From Lama glama (Eukaryota), in assembly GCA_028534125.1 (NCBI GenBank), contig CM052817.1, positions 107,882,001-107,946,000 on the forward strand: DNA of 64,000 nucleotides, written 5' to 3'. The translations under genes were made by a program, and so were the position numbers. The notes beneath the pieces are model-generated. The model searched no databases. It was not told the origin of the DNA and worked only from the letters and a program-made list of their open reading frames with translations. This document shows, in pieces, positions 26,271-39,270 of this stretch. How positions within the stretch are numbered: position 1 is the first letter of the stretch; each line of letters starts with the position of its first letter.

Positions 26271-26539
26271 AAAAACTTCATCTACAATAAATAGGTAAAT
26301 AAATGATAATTATCAAACCGACTCATAATAATACCTACTGGGAAGGGCTGTCCTGTTGCTGGAAAGACATATAACTTTGTAAAAGCACGCAGCATGCTGC
26401 TCAGGACTTACTATTATAGCTTTGGCTGTCGGTCCCTGGTTATCTTCCTGTGTCAGAAAATCGTGCCTAAAGCGGCAGTACTTTGTCTTGCTGCTTCCCC
26501 TGTTTTGTGACTTGGGTGGGAGAAGGTCGCTGTGGGGCA

Positions 26540-26720
26540 GATTCTCCCCTCCCGCCAACGGCGCACCAGAGGCGCGCGGCTGCCGGGCGGGGGCGTGGCT
26601 GCCGGGTGGGGGCGTGGCTTCCGGGTGGGGGCGTGGCTGCCAGGCTGGGGCGTGCGTGGGAACTGCCGCCCCGCCTGTTCTACGAGACTTCGCAGCATCA
26701 CCTCGTGTTGCGATCGGTCT
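26540..26720. promoter_or_regulatory. Small CpG-rich promoter-like element with tandem GC boxes
   Basis: High CpG density against an AT-rich background. Repeated GGGGCGTGGC (SP/KLF) motifs, CTTCCGG (ETS core) and GCCCCGCC. Confidence 0.5.
26578..26653. repeat. 4 x 19-bp GC-rich tandem repeat (GGCTGCCGGGTGGGGGCGT)
   Basis: Units at 26578, 26597, 26616 and 26635, head-to-tail with no spacers. Confidence 0.95.
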
Positions 26721-27625
26721 CTGTTACTGTGAAGGCTTACTTTTCCCCCACCTTGGCTGATTTTAAAATGTAATATTTTGAAAGAAGAACCCTTCCTACC
26801 TAGTGCAGCTACTTCTGACTGTTATTGGATAGGTCATCTGTCTCCAGAAGCCAAGTTTCAGCCTCTCCTTTCTTCTCCCCTCTCCTCCCTCCTTCATTCC
26901 TTCCTTTCTTCACTCCTTCCTTCTCTCTTTTTTGTTTTCTTTGATGTTTTTCTTGGCACAAACTTTTCTTTTAATTTATCCATTTAAGGATTTTAAATAA
27001 TGGTATTTCAAATATGAAAGCAGACTTGTTAAAGGACTATCATCTCACCATCATAGAAACGCACAAAAAGCCTTCCATGGAAGAATATTAATTACTGTAA
27101 GCTTTAATATGTTAACAGTGGAGTTTAACAAATAAAAGCATTTGGAACCTCCCCCTAGTGATGCTTTCTCTCTTTGATTCATATTATTGGAAGCACTCTG
27201 CAGAACTGAAAATATTTCCCCAAATCAGAATTCAGATAATATTCTGAGAAACAATTGTGAAGCATTACATTAGAAAACATTGTTGTCTTGGATTTTCATT
27301 ATTTCCCAGGTACCGGAGTTACTGCTGGTTGCTGGGGGCTTACTCCCACTTTTAATACTTAAGTGTAGATCATGTAATTAAAAATGTTGTTAATAGCTAT
27401 TAATACTGAGTGACTGAGGAGACCGGAAACTGGGGCCATTTGAATAAGTCTAACATTGAAAAAGACTGGCTGGCATGGATTCTGGTAGGAGATAAAGTAG
27501 TGTGTCTCCCACATCCTACCATTTCTGGTGAGAGGTCTGAGGCTTGTGTCCAGAGTTTATACAAGGGTGGTGCCAATCTCCAATACAGTGTGAGGTAAGG
27601 AGGCCCAAGACAAGTTCCATGACTT

Positions 27626-27790
27626 TCTTCCTTCCTTCCTTCCTTCCTTCCTTCCTTCCTTCCTTCCTTCCTTCCTTCCTTCCTTCCTTTCTTCCTTCCT
27701 TCCTTCCTTCTTTTCTTCCTTTCTTCTTCCCTCCCTCTCTCTCTCTTTCCTTCCTTCCTTCCTTCGTTCCTTCTTTCTTTCTTTCTGATA
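27626..27790. repeat. (TTCC)n microsatellite, probably derived from the adjacent L1 tail
   Basis: Directly visible and abutting the T-rich tail of an antisense L1. Confidence 0.9.
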
Positions 27791-27794
27791 AGGA

Positions 27795-28038
27795 ATCATT
27801 TCATTTTTTTTTTTAGTTTTTTTTTTTTTAACATTTTTTGTTGAAGTGTAGTCGACTTACAATGTTAGTTTCAGATGTAGAGCAAAGTGATTCAGTTACA
27901 CATGTACTTACATAGATACTTTTTTTTTACTTTTCAGATTCTTTTCCATTATAGGTTATTACAAGATACTGAATATAATTCCCTGTGCTCTACAGTAGGT
28001 CCTTGTTGTTTATCTCTTTTATATACAGTAGTGTGTGG
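27795..28038 (-). mobile_element. 5'-truncated L1 3' end
   Basis: 'ttgaagtgtagtcgacttacaatg...ttattacaagatactgaatataattccctgtgct'. Possible TSD catgac(t/cc)tttctt enclosing the microsatellite plus the L1. Confidence 0.85.
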
Positions 28039-28399
28039 TCATGACCCTTTTCTTGCATCACTTACATTCTTCTAAGGTTTGTTTCCCTTTATCACATTTC
28101 TTTAACCAACCAGGAAAAAAAATGTATTCATATTAAAAATAAGTTGTTGATTACTACAGAGGATTAAATAAGTTACAGTCGAGGATGGCATGTTATGAGT
28201 TATTTTGTTGAGAAGACATTATTTCTCAATTCATGGTTGATACAATATACTCTATTGAAAAAGAGGAGTGTTAGAAACAACTAGACATTTTGAAGCCAAG
28301 ATACTATATTGTGAGGAAGAGCATAAAAACAGAAGAAGAAAGATAACACTGGAGACTTGAAGAGGCAACAAGGCAACAGGAAGCAGAATGGGTTAAAAG

Positions 28400-29435
28400 A
28401 AGAATCAGTTAGACACACATCTGAGTTCATTCCTGGACCATCTATTCTGTTTCATACTTTTACTTTTGTATCGTTTTGCCAATACCACACTGTCAGAAGG
28501 CTGTTGGGTAAACTAAGTACTGAAATTCCACACTGTAGCCCTCTGAGAGGCATTTGTATTGTCAGTTGTCTGACCAAATATTTCCACTGGTCTTTAGTCT
28601 TTTTACTGTTGATTTGTTCATGTATTCTGGACAAAAATCTTTTGTTAGTTATATAGATTGCAAATATTTTACTCTTACCTTTGGCTTGTCTATTCATTTT
28701 ATTTTTAATGACATCTTCAGAGAAAGAGAATATTTTCTTTTGAGAAAGCCCAATTTATCAATTTTGCTTTTTTCTGGTTAGTGCTTTTGGTGTCTACCTA
28801 AGAAATCTTTGCTTCCCTTAATAGCCTGAAGATAACTCTCCTATAACATCTTTTAGATGTTTTTTAGTTTGAGCTTTTGCATTTAAGCCTACAATCTATC
28901 CTGAAACTGGTATTTACTGAAGAGATAAGAAAACTTATATCAACATTACATTTTAACAAGAATGTGCATAAGAAACTTATCCAAACTAACTCTACAAAGG
29001 AAACCAAATTAGTATGAAGAAGAAATGCATAAACAAATCATATTATATCCACACAGTGGAATACTACTGAGCAATAAAAAGGGATAAAATACTGTTATAC
29101 TCACAACTGGGATAAATCACATAAATGTTATCTTGCACAAAAGAAGTCAGACACAAAAAATGCATTTCTATGATTCCATGCATATGAAATCCAAGAATAA
29201 ACAGCATTATGTGAGGGTCATAGAAATCAGAAAGTGTTTCACTCTGATCCTGAGGTGATGATAAGTCAGGATTTTACTGACTAGTAATGAGCAGGAGAAG
29301 CTTTCTGGGATGATGGAAATGTTCTACATCTTGTTTCAGATGGAGGTTACATGCTGTGCATCATCGTGAAAACCTATCAAAACGACATGTGAAATCTGTA
29401 CATTTCACTTTACATACCTGTCTGTCAATCACTTT
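28400..29435. mobile_element. Old L1M fragments (antisense ORF2 end, then sense L1MC/ME-type 3' end)
   Basis: 'gtgcttttggtgtctacctaagaaatctttgc' (antisense). 'atatccacacagtggaatactactgagcaataaaaaggg...aaaagaagtcagacacaaaa...gatggaaatgttctacatcttg' (sense). Confidence 0.7.
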
Positions 29436-30280
29436 CTAAAAGATAGAATTAGAAGGACATTAAAAGGAATCATGAAATTCTATCAATGGCAAATTTAACA
29501 TTAACAGCTATTTCATAAAAAATATGAATATGCCTCTCAGAGATGTATTGTCTGCCAACCGTGTTCAGTGCCCATGGCAACCTACACATGAACAATCAGA
29601 GTGACCTTATCTCAACGTGAGCTCACATACAAGTAACTGCTTAAAAACTGCCAGCATTTTGTGTGTGTGTGTATTTTGTTTCATACCCTTTGGAGATATC
29701 ATTTCCATCAATTACTCATTCACGGCTAGCAGTGATTTTCATTATCAGCTGAGCACACTGCTTTTTCCCACCCTGGCTAACAAGGTCAGTAATGTGAATC
29801 TATGGCTTTAAAAAGGTGAAAATTCATCAGAAGCCAATAAATGTGTGGAGAGATGTTAAAGGAGAAATTATCCCTAAACCAGCAATGTGTTAATGCCCAG
29901 GACCAGCTCTAGGTAACAATTTTAATAAAGAAGTATATCTTCAGCATCCCAAGAATGCTTCTTATTTTTCCCATAAAAATCACATCACGTTCACTGCTTA
30001 AACACCACGTTTCCCCTCAGGGGACTGACCCCCCCCCCCACCCCGGTGTGCCTGAGTGTCCCTTAGTGTCCAGTACACGTTTGCCATATTTCCACACATG
30101 TTGCTTTCACTAAACCATTCTTCACTTAACATAAGGGGGAGGTGAGATCCAGATGCTAAGTAACTCCTCTGAAACTGCACAGCTTATAAAGAAAAGATGC
30201 AACATTTAGAGCCTGCACCTTCCATCACCACACCCTGTGCCTTTCCCAGATGTCCTTTCCCTGTTATGCTATTGTCCTAC

Positions 30281-31101
30281 TAAGCACCTACTCTGTACTG
30301 GAAACCCAGGTTGACCCTGAGAGTTCAGATACTACCGAAGGACCTCCTGGAAAATGGTCTCAAACTTCAGAAATGTCACAGGGGAAGTAGTCTCCAGTGC
30401 AAATGTCTCAGCCTTGTCATCTTATACATGGGGGCAGCCAGTCCTGTCTCCCTCCAGTTAGAATTCCAAGCCATGAAGATCACAGAAGAGTCACCCATGG
30501 CTTAGAATGGGATGTGAAAGAAAAAGGCCAAAACACCTTCCACATCTATTCTTATGTGCATTCCTTTTGTTAGAGCAGGCAGACAGCAAGATGTGAGCAG
30601 AGAAAGGAGGGGCCAAATGCACAAAACCACACATCTTGTGAACAATAGGGGTCCCTGGGCAGACAGAGAAAAGCAGGAACCTCTGGGCTGATAAGAAACC
30701 ATCCATTTTGGGGTGACAAGTGTCCCGGAGGCTGACAAAGGATGGTAGGAAAAGGCAGGAATCCCCAGTGTCTGAATGCAACCTTCTGCTCATTATGCCC
30801 TCATTTCAAGCAAATTAGCCTTGCAGATTAGAAGCCCCCATCATGGACGGACACCATGACACTTCCAACCCAGACTAAATAAGGACAAAAATCCCTCCTC
30901 CCTTTGGGAAGGTGGAGCTGGGATGAAAATCAAGGAATATGACCCCAAATCCTTCCCTCCCCAATGAATATTCCATCCATTCATTTTTACATCCCATATA
31001 ACCAGCTTGTCAAAGAAATAGAGCAGCTGCTCGCCTGAGTCTGCCCGCTCTCCCCTTGAGAGTGCATTATCACTTAATCAATCCTCACTTTGCTTTCTTG
31101 A

Positions 31102-31150
<49 letters not shown>

Positions 31151-31193
31151 AATTCTTTCTGCAAAGAGGGAAGGACCAAAAAGACAATAAACA
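30281..31193 (+). mobile_element. Probable ERV1-type solo LTR containing a (CT)n tract; boundaries uncertain
   Basis: LTR-like 3' half: 'ccatataaccagc...ctgcccgctctccccttgagagtg...taatcaatcctcactttgc...ctcgtctctgaattctttctgc'. No clean TSD found. Confidence 0.55.
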
Positions 31194-31660
31194 GCTAAAA
31201 TAAACTACCATAAACTTACTGGCTTAAATGAAAAAAAAAATGTATTCTTGTACAGTTCTGGAGTGCCAAAGTCTGAAACGGGTTTCCCCAGGTTAAAGCC
31301 AAGGTGCGGGCAGAAGTGAGCTCTCTCTGGAGGCAACGAGGAGAATCTCCTCACTCAACTTCTCCAGCTTCTCGAGGCTGCCTGCACCCTTGGCTCACCA
31401 CCCCTTCTCCATCTGATAGCCAGTGGTACATGGCTTCTTCCAACTTCCTCCGACTCTGCCCTCTGCTTCCCTTTCCACAGGTGAACACCCTTGTGACTTC
31501 ACTGGGCCCACCTGAATAATCCAGGATATCCGCTCCATCTTCAGAGCCTTAATTAGATCACAGCTGCAAAGCCCTTCTTGCCATGTAAGATAACAACCCC
31601 CTAGAGTCTAGAAATTAGGACACAGGCATCTTGGAGGGGTAGACACTTCCTGACTGCATT
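31194..31660 (-). mobile_element. MLT1 (MLT1C-like) MaLR LTR
   Basis: 'aactaccataaacttactggcttaaa...tattcttgtacagttctggag...cttctccagcttctcgaggctgcc...actgggcccacctgaataatccaggat'. Confidence 0.8.
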
Positions 31661-32639
31661 ATAGGAAAATTTTCCTGCAATTATAGAGTCTATAAAAACT
31701 CCCTGGACTGGAAATGTAGCTATCCATAAACTTATACATTTAATAGCCAACATAGATATTCTTTTCCAAAGTCAACTACTTTTTGAGCCCCCAAAATGTT
31801 TCTGGAGGAAAGAAGAGTCTGAAAACATTCTTAATTGGCAGAGAAATCAGCCACAATCTGGATAACAGATATATGTATGTATATATATATTTTTAATAGT
31901 CCCTTAGTCTCTCTCCCCTCTCTCTCCCTCCTGGCTCTCTCTTTCTCTGATCTCCAACCCCATTTCTCACATACACGCATGCACAGCTAAATCCCCTCTG
32001 CATATTCTTAGCAGCAAATTCACAATGATAAAGAAAAGATCTAGTTCAGAAGTGTATTTCACTTGGTCTTAAATAGAAAGCACTCATACAAGGAGGAAAA
32101 TATTGCACATGTCCAGGGGATTGCCTGAGGGGTGTGACACGTCCTTCCCAGGAGAGACATCCTTGTGGTTTAAGCTAAATTTATGGCAGGAATTTGATGG
32201 GTTGGCTCAGTCCTCTGATGCCTTTGCATAATGGACTGTGCTGGACTTGGCAGGTAAGTCGGAGAGCAGGAATTCACATGGAATTTGCTCCTGGGAGGGG
32301 GTAAAACATCCCTCGTTAACATGCGCTTTGGAGAGCTTCCTTGAGCTATAACCTTGGTAGATGGTGGATCTAGGATCATTACCCACCCATGACAAACACG
32401 GCCCATGGGAAGTCGTGTTTCCTCCAAATGTGGATTGCAAATGGACTAGTTGTTTACAAGAACCACATTTCATGCAAAGTTAAGCAGTGATGAGTTGACT
32501 ATGGAAGCTGCTTTCTCTAAATTGCAAGGACAGATAGAACATCAATTCCCAAATTTGAAAACCACTCAAAAATATACCTTTATCCAATTAAAAAAAAAAA
32601 AAAAAACGAAGGTGTATGATTTAGAATAATTAGCAGACA

Positions 32640-32800
32640 GAATGATAGGATTCCATTTCCAAATCAAGTCCTTAGTAGCTGGGTGACTTTGCTTAATTAT
32701 TGAAACTCACTGCACATCAGTCCCTTCACTTCTAAAATATGGATGAAAACACCCCGTTTGCCTACATTTCAGTGATGTTCTGAGGATTTCTACAATCTAA
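32640..32800 (+). mobile_element. MIR SINE fragment
   Basis: 'cttagtagctgggtgactttg...catcagtcccttcacttctaaaatatgg...gttctgaggatt'. Confidence 0.6.
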
Positions 32801-33009
32801 AAGCATTTTTTTGGGAAAGCATCTGGTATCCTCCCAAGTTATAGAATTCCATACCAGCTTCATTAAATCTTTGTACTTGGGAAGCGTTTAATCCCATGCC
32901 TGGCACAAGAGCATGTTAATTATCACCAAATGTTAATACAAGATGTGAAAGAGGTGATAACAAATGAAGCTGCAGGTTTTAGTCTTTTTTGTCAACTTTG
33001 GAATAACTG

Positions 33010-34150
33010 ATACCTATTTGCCTTTCCCTCAGCATAACATTTCTGCCCTTTTTCATTCAGCATAATGTTGCTGATGTTTCATTAGTCTGTTTATAGCTCA
33101 GTAGCAGTCCATTGCACCACATATTATAGCATGCTTACTTCCTTGCTGACCAATATATGACTTGCTTTCAGTTTTTAGCAATTATAAATGAAGTTGAAAT
33201 AAACATTTTGATATAAGTTTTAGTTTGGCCATCATTTTTCATTTCTCTTGGATAAAGCCTAAGAGTGAAACTGCTGGGTCAGACATAAATGTTTCTCTTG
33301 ATGAGAAACTGCCCAACTGTTTTGGAAAGTCATTGTATCATTAAATTTCCCCACCAGCAATGTAGGTGTTCCATGGAATTGACAATGTTCATTCTCACAG
33401 ATTTTAATCATAGCCATTAGTGTGTGCATACAGTTGTATTTCATTGAAGTTTTGCCTTACTTTTCCAACTAAAGATGTTAAATAGCTTTTCTATGATTAT
33501 TTACATTTCCCATATCTTAAGAAGTATCCTTAAATTTTTGCTAATTTTTAAAATTTCATTACTATCATTGAGTTGTAAAAGTTCTTTTTGTATTTGATTA
33601 TATTTTAATATTCTAAATACTGGTGCTTTGTCATATGTAAATTCTGTGCTATTTTGTGGTTTGCATTTTCATTTTGTTAATCATGTCTCTAGAAGGTTTC
33701 TTTTTATAAACTTCAGTGTATTATTATTATTTTTCTCTTTTGGTTCATGCTTCTAGTATCCTATCTAAGAAATCTTTGGTTATCTATTGCTGAAAATATT
33801 TTCTCATTTTTTCTACACATTTTAAAAATTTAACTTTTACAGTTAGTTCTATGACTCATTTCAAGAAAAAATTCATGTATGATACAGATGAACATTGGAT
33901 TTATATTTTCAGTATTGATATCCTGTTGTTGAAGCCTCACTTCTTGAAATGATTTCACTTTCCCTTGGAATTACCTTGACCCATTTGTCAAAATTCAACT
34001 GCTCATTTTTGTATGTTTATTAATGAACTCTCAGTTCTATTGATCTATATGTTTCTTGGCCAAACTTACACAATCTTGACTATTATAACATTACAGTAAG
34101 TCTTGAAGTAGGTAACATATTTCCAATTTGTGGTGTAGTTTTGTAATACC
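33010..34150 (-). mobile_element. Old L1M 3' region
   Basis: 'tttcatttctcttggataaagcctaagagtgaaactgctgggtc', 'tgagaaactgcccaactgtttt', 'ctatctaagaaatcttt', 'tacagtaagtcttgaagtagg'. Confidence 0.8.
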
Positions 34151-34948
34151 GTCTCCTTCCCAGACATTTTAACTCCATCTGCTTGTGTGAAGACTGTGTG
34201 GGGAGAACCGAAGAGGCTGTGCTGTGGTTCTGACTCACATGGAGAAGATGACACCCAAATGGAACCAAGGACTCAGCAAGAACAAGAAATCAGAACAGTA
34301 GAAAAACATGAGAAGTCAAGCAAGCCCTTGCCATCTCGTAATGAGATGGGTTTCTGCTCAATGAGTGGACGGGTTTTCATGAACAGATATCACATCATAC
34401 GAAGTCTACTCTGTTTTAAAAAGTGCTTTTGGAACTTAGTGATATTTTCCTGAACCCCCCAAAAACCCTGAAGATGGTCACTTCTGTAATATATTTGCAA
34501 GTTTTACAGGTGAAAAAATGACTTGTTTCAATTCACAATTCTTTGGTTTCTCATGAAGTAGAGATTTTTATGCATGATGCTTGTCAGCCATTTCTGGGAA
34601 AAGTTCTAAACAAGCCAGGCCTACACATAAATATAATAAAAAATTAGGATTGAAAGAGATATTAGCTAGATAACTTCTCAGCTATAAGACTAACCATACT
34701 AAACTATAGTTTTTACACTTTTGATTCAGTTAGGAACAAAATATACTAGGATTAAGTAAAAGAGGGGTTTTCAGTATATACCAGTCATAATGAAATCAGG
34801 ATCATTTTACAACCACCTAGAGGACTTTCAATAAATACCAATATAGGTTCCCATATTCAAAAAATCTAGTGTGTGACCTAGTCATTTGTATTAAAAACCT
34901 CTCAGGTATTTAAGTGTCCCATGAAGGTTGAGAATTGTACACTGTATT

Positions 34949-34992
<44 letters not shown>
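34949..34992. repeat. (GATA)11 microsatellite
   Basis: Directly visible perfect tetranucleotide tract. Confidence 0.95.
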
Positions 34993-34994
<2 letters not shown>

Positions 34995-37900
34995 ACTATA
35001 TATCTGTATATACAAATATACCAACTATATCTGAGGTCAACTAATACAAACGTTGGTCATTATTTATCAACATCATGTGCAACAATCCTCTTGGTCTTGA
35101 TTCCACAATTTTCCTTAGTGAATGTCATGTTTATCACTTTCATAATAAAAATTACCACGTTCAATTTCATCTTTTGTTGACATTTCAGACTCTGCTTATT
35201 TCTACTTTTCATGGGGGAGAAACATCTTTAGAAGCCCGAACACAGGACGACATCTCAGCTGTGGGCACTTTCAGAGAGTGGAGCTCTACTTAAACCATCA
35301 AGGAATGACGGGGCCCTAAACTCCATTGATGCCTGGCTGCTAGTGTTGACTGTTAAGAGCTCAGAGGAAGGAGTTATTGTGGATTTCTAAGCTTCTGCGA
35401 ATCAGTGCTTAATATTTGCCTTCTTTTTATTTGCTGTGAGCACCCAGAAAGTCATTTTAATCTTTTTTTTTAAGTGTAGTGTGTTAGCACATTTCATATC
35501 CAAGTTAAAATGAGATTTTAAAAAATTTCCGGACTTTTGATTACACCTGCATCTTCAGGGGCATGAATAATTAATTGGCAAGTGACTGCCCACACTAACA
35601 TCCCAACCTCAGGACCAGCCTATTAGACTACGTGAAAAGTGGAGCACAGGACTCTCCAACCCACTGGTGTGACTTCTCAAGGGAAAAGAAAATACTGCCA
35701 TAGAAATGGCTCTTCTGGTTCTGTTTCTTAATCCATTACCTGCCTTCAGCACCTTCACCTAGATTCTAATTAGGTCTTCATGCCGGGTTCTTCTCCTTGG
35801 AGACAGAGTGTTTTATTTTCTCTGGCCTGTTAGCCATCACCAAGAAGACATGAAGGATCACTCTGCCCTCCTTCTCTCAGACCTACTTTCCTTTCACTTC
35901 TTTACAAAGTAGTATTTTTGGTTTTGTCATTTATAACCTGGCGCTGTGGCTAGTTACACCCCAAGGGATGCTTGCGTTATTAATGGGTGTGGTGTACCCT
36001 GATTTCTCATTGTTAACGTTGCAAATTATTCTTTTGAAAAGAGGAAAGCAATTTCCCCTGCTATGTGGTTCTTCTAAGAGTAGCTGGGTTGAGTTTACAA
36101 TATTGAAAAAGAAAAATAAATATATATTAACGTAATCGTTGGTGTGTCTGTTTGACCAGATGAAATTGGACACTAAGGCAGAGTCTCATAAAACCATGAC
36201 TTGTGTCCTCAGAGGCTTATGTAATATGTGAATGTAATACTGTTGATTCTATTTCTAGTTCAAGCCACTTACTGGATTTCTGAGAGTAACTGAAAAGCTC
36301 TTTATAAAGCTTCATGCAACAATATTAAACATAACAATATCTAAGGTAGTGAGTAATAGTAAGTTCAATTTTCATACTCAAAGTACTCTAAGTACTAAAG
36401 AAAAAAACTATAAATTTGAAACGTAAATTTAAAAACTTCACTTAGGTCATGTATCTAAACCAGGAACTTACACCGTTTGGTGTGAAAAAGCTAGGTTTAC
36501 ACAGGCTTTATCTGTTCCCTCACCACCAGCATAATCAAAGTGGAATAAAGGATATCATTACACACAGCATATTCTATGACAATTTTTTTACATCAGAAAA
36601 GGTAGGACACATTTTAAGATTGGGAAATTTCAAAGAGAGAGACTTGAAGACTTACTTTGATACTAATATTTATCAACACTTCTTTTTTTAGAAATGATAT
36701 GTTTCTTGATAAATAATGACCTCGTTGGATTTCTGAGGTCATTGGTACGATGGACTTAGACTCCACTTGCCTGGGTAGACTCTGTTTGTATTAAGCAATA
36801 TGGAGTTGGTCGCTATAATTAAAGTGTATTCTGGATGTAACCTCATGCAGCGCCTAGAGGAGGGGGTGCTGAAGGGGTCCGCTGCTCTCTCTGTTGCCTG
36901 GAGATATTCTAGACCCCAGTGTTTTGTCATGGTCAATACAGAATGCTGTTTTTTAAAGATGATGCCATGGAAAACCATTTTTACTTACACTTTCCTTTTT
37001 CCTGCTCACTCTTTTGAGTTTTTTGAGATCCCCTTTGTAAACTATTTTCATAACCTTCCATCTTTCAAAACAGCTGATTCCTGTGCTGTCAAATTTTTCA
37101 AAACCTGAGGTGATAATTTCCACAATCTTCTGAAATCTCTGAAAAATTCCCTGAGAAATCTGTCACTTGCTCAACCCTGAAATGAAACTCCATCCAGAAC
37201 CAGTACTTTGCTAGAGGAATTGGAAAAGAAAAGTGATCCACTCCCCCTAACTAACCTGCAGCTCTTCCAACTCACAGAATGCCTCAGAACAGGTTAAGAT
37301 CGGAATCTCTTTAAAAATAAGATCTTGTACACTGAGTGGAGATTGTGTACTAGTCAGTTGAAAACGTATTTTCTCAGTAGGGATTTGAATAATTTTTTTA
37401 AGAAACTTAATTAAATAGTTTGTAATTTTCCACTGGAAAAAAAATGTTCACATCAATTCATGGAGTGCTGTTTCACATCAAGGAGGCAGAATCCTGTGAC
37501 TCGCAGGTGTTCATTCTCTCTATCCAGAATGTTAAATACGTCCTTATTTCTGTGTTGGAATGAAAAGCTTCTCGGTGATCCGTTTGGTTTCTATGACTGA
37601 GTCAAAGCAGGGAACATTTCTGCTAAGAGGACGGCTAGCTTGCGCCCACATGCCTCTAAAATTCCACAGCTCGCATTCAATTACAGGGAAGTTCCGATGA
37701 AAAGAAAATGACGTCCACTCTAATGGGTAGGATCTCCGACAGCACCTAACCCAACAGAGCATGCGAGTTGCTGACTATTGACTGATGCTGGCTGCGGTAG
37801 CCTAACAATGAAATCTTTTTTCCATCAGCTCACAAGATTTGCATCACGTTTCTCTTCCAAGACAATGCCATTGCATCATGGCAGTGATGAAAAGAGTGGA

Positions 37901-38914
37901 AGGTTGGTTGCCATTAGAAATAGCCATGTTCCCATTTAGCTGTAACATTTTAGTTCAAGTAGCTAAGAGATATGCAAACTAAGTGGATCAAACATGATTC
38001 TGACGAGACAGTGAACAGGGCTGCCTGTGACCTAGGCAGTCTCTGAGGTCCATCACTTCAGGGACTACCTGTCCCAAAATTGGGACATTTTAGGGGCAGT
38101 ATGAAGCTAGGCAGCTCCCTAATATGAACCAGGGAATCACCAACAATGAAACACTAATGCCGTAATATTGCTAATCCAGTACTACTCCTGGGGCATGTTG
38201 GCTTGGATGCATCATACCGTGTGCTTCTATAGCCCCTCTTCCCATTTTTTCTGAAACAGTAATTGAATTGTGAACCCAGAGGGCTGAGACTTTTTTGTGA
38301 CTCTACTACTCATTCATAATAAAAGCTGATAAGAGTATTTAATAAGGATCTTTAGGTGCTAAGTCCTTTAATACACAGTCACATTCAACCCTCAGAACCA
38401 CCCTGATGTGTTTCCAGTGCCCAGAACAGCACCTGTCACGAGGCAGGCATCCATCAACATTCAGCAATGAACACACATGCTGGGGAAAGATACAGTTACC
38501 CCACTCTACAGATGAGGATGCCGGGAGTAAAAAGATGGAGGAACTTGCCTGGTTTTATCCTCTCCCACCAGGAATCAGAGGCAGGATTGGAAGACGAGTC
38601 TATCAGGTTGACTCCAAAGCTCATGTTCTGACCCTCCAGCCACAGCATCCTCCGTTCTCTGACCCTCAGCTTGTTATTAGGAAAGTAAAAATACCTACCA
38701 CATGCCTCTTAAGGTCCTTTCCAAATTAAATGCAAATATGTTTAAGAAATCAATGTCCAATCTTTGAAGAATTAACATCAAACACAGACTTGCGATGTGG
38801 ATACAGGTACTGACAGTTGGTCTGCGGGTTTTCACCTTTAAAACTTGGCAGTTTTGCTGGATTTAGGGCTGACTGTAACAGGTGAACCACACGTCCTTCC
38901 TGCTGTAGATTTAT

Positions 38915-39270
38915 ATTATACACGCTCACGTCTGTAGTTCCAATGCCCAAGCAGCTCTGAAAACCAAACCTGCTTAAACTCGTTTGGCTGTGAATCCTGG
39001 CCTGACTCGAACTTATTTGCCTGCAGATACCAACCTGACCTGACGTGAGACAGTTCCCAGCGTTTATTTATCACACTTGTGTATATTCGTTTGCTTTGCT
39101 GCCAAAATCTGAGTGTAGGTGGCCATGAGGTCCTGTATCCCCTCCTTGAGGTGAGGGGGCTAGGACATTAACACCATGTACAAGTGTGCAATGTTGATCT
39201 GTCTATAAGTCTAAAAAATCTGAATTCTAAAGCACATCTGGCCAAAAGGTTTTGGGAGGAGGGATGGAGG
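38915..39270. mobile_element. MER46C-like TcMar-Tigger remnant
   Basis: 'gctctgaaaaccaaa...aacctgacctgacgtgag...tttatttatc...aaaaaatctgaattctaaagcacatctggccaaaaggtttt' resembles MER46C. Confidence 0.6.

Noticed and set aside
26561..26577. CTCF site (gcaccagaggcgcg)
   Set aside because: It is one G short of the CCASYAGRKGGC core spacing, so the match is poor.
26578..26653. CRISPR-like repeat array
   Set aside because: Units are contiguous with no unique spacers, there are no cas genes, and the context is mammalian.
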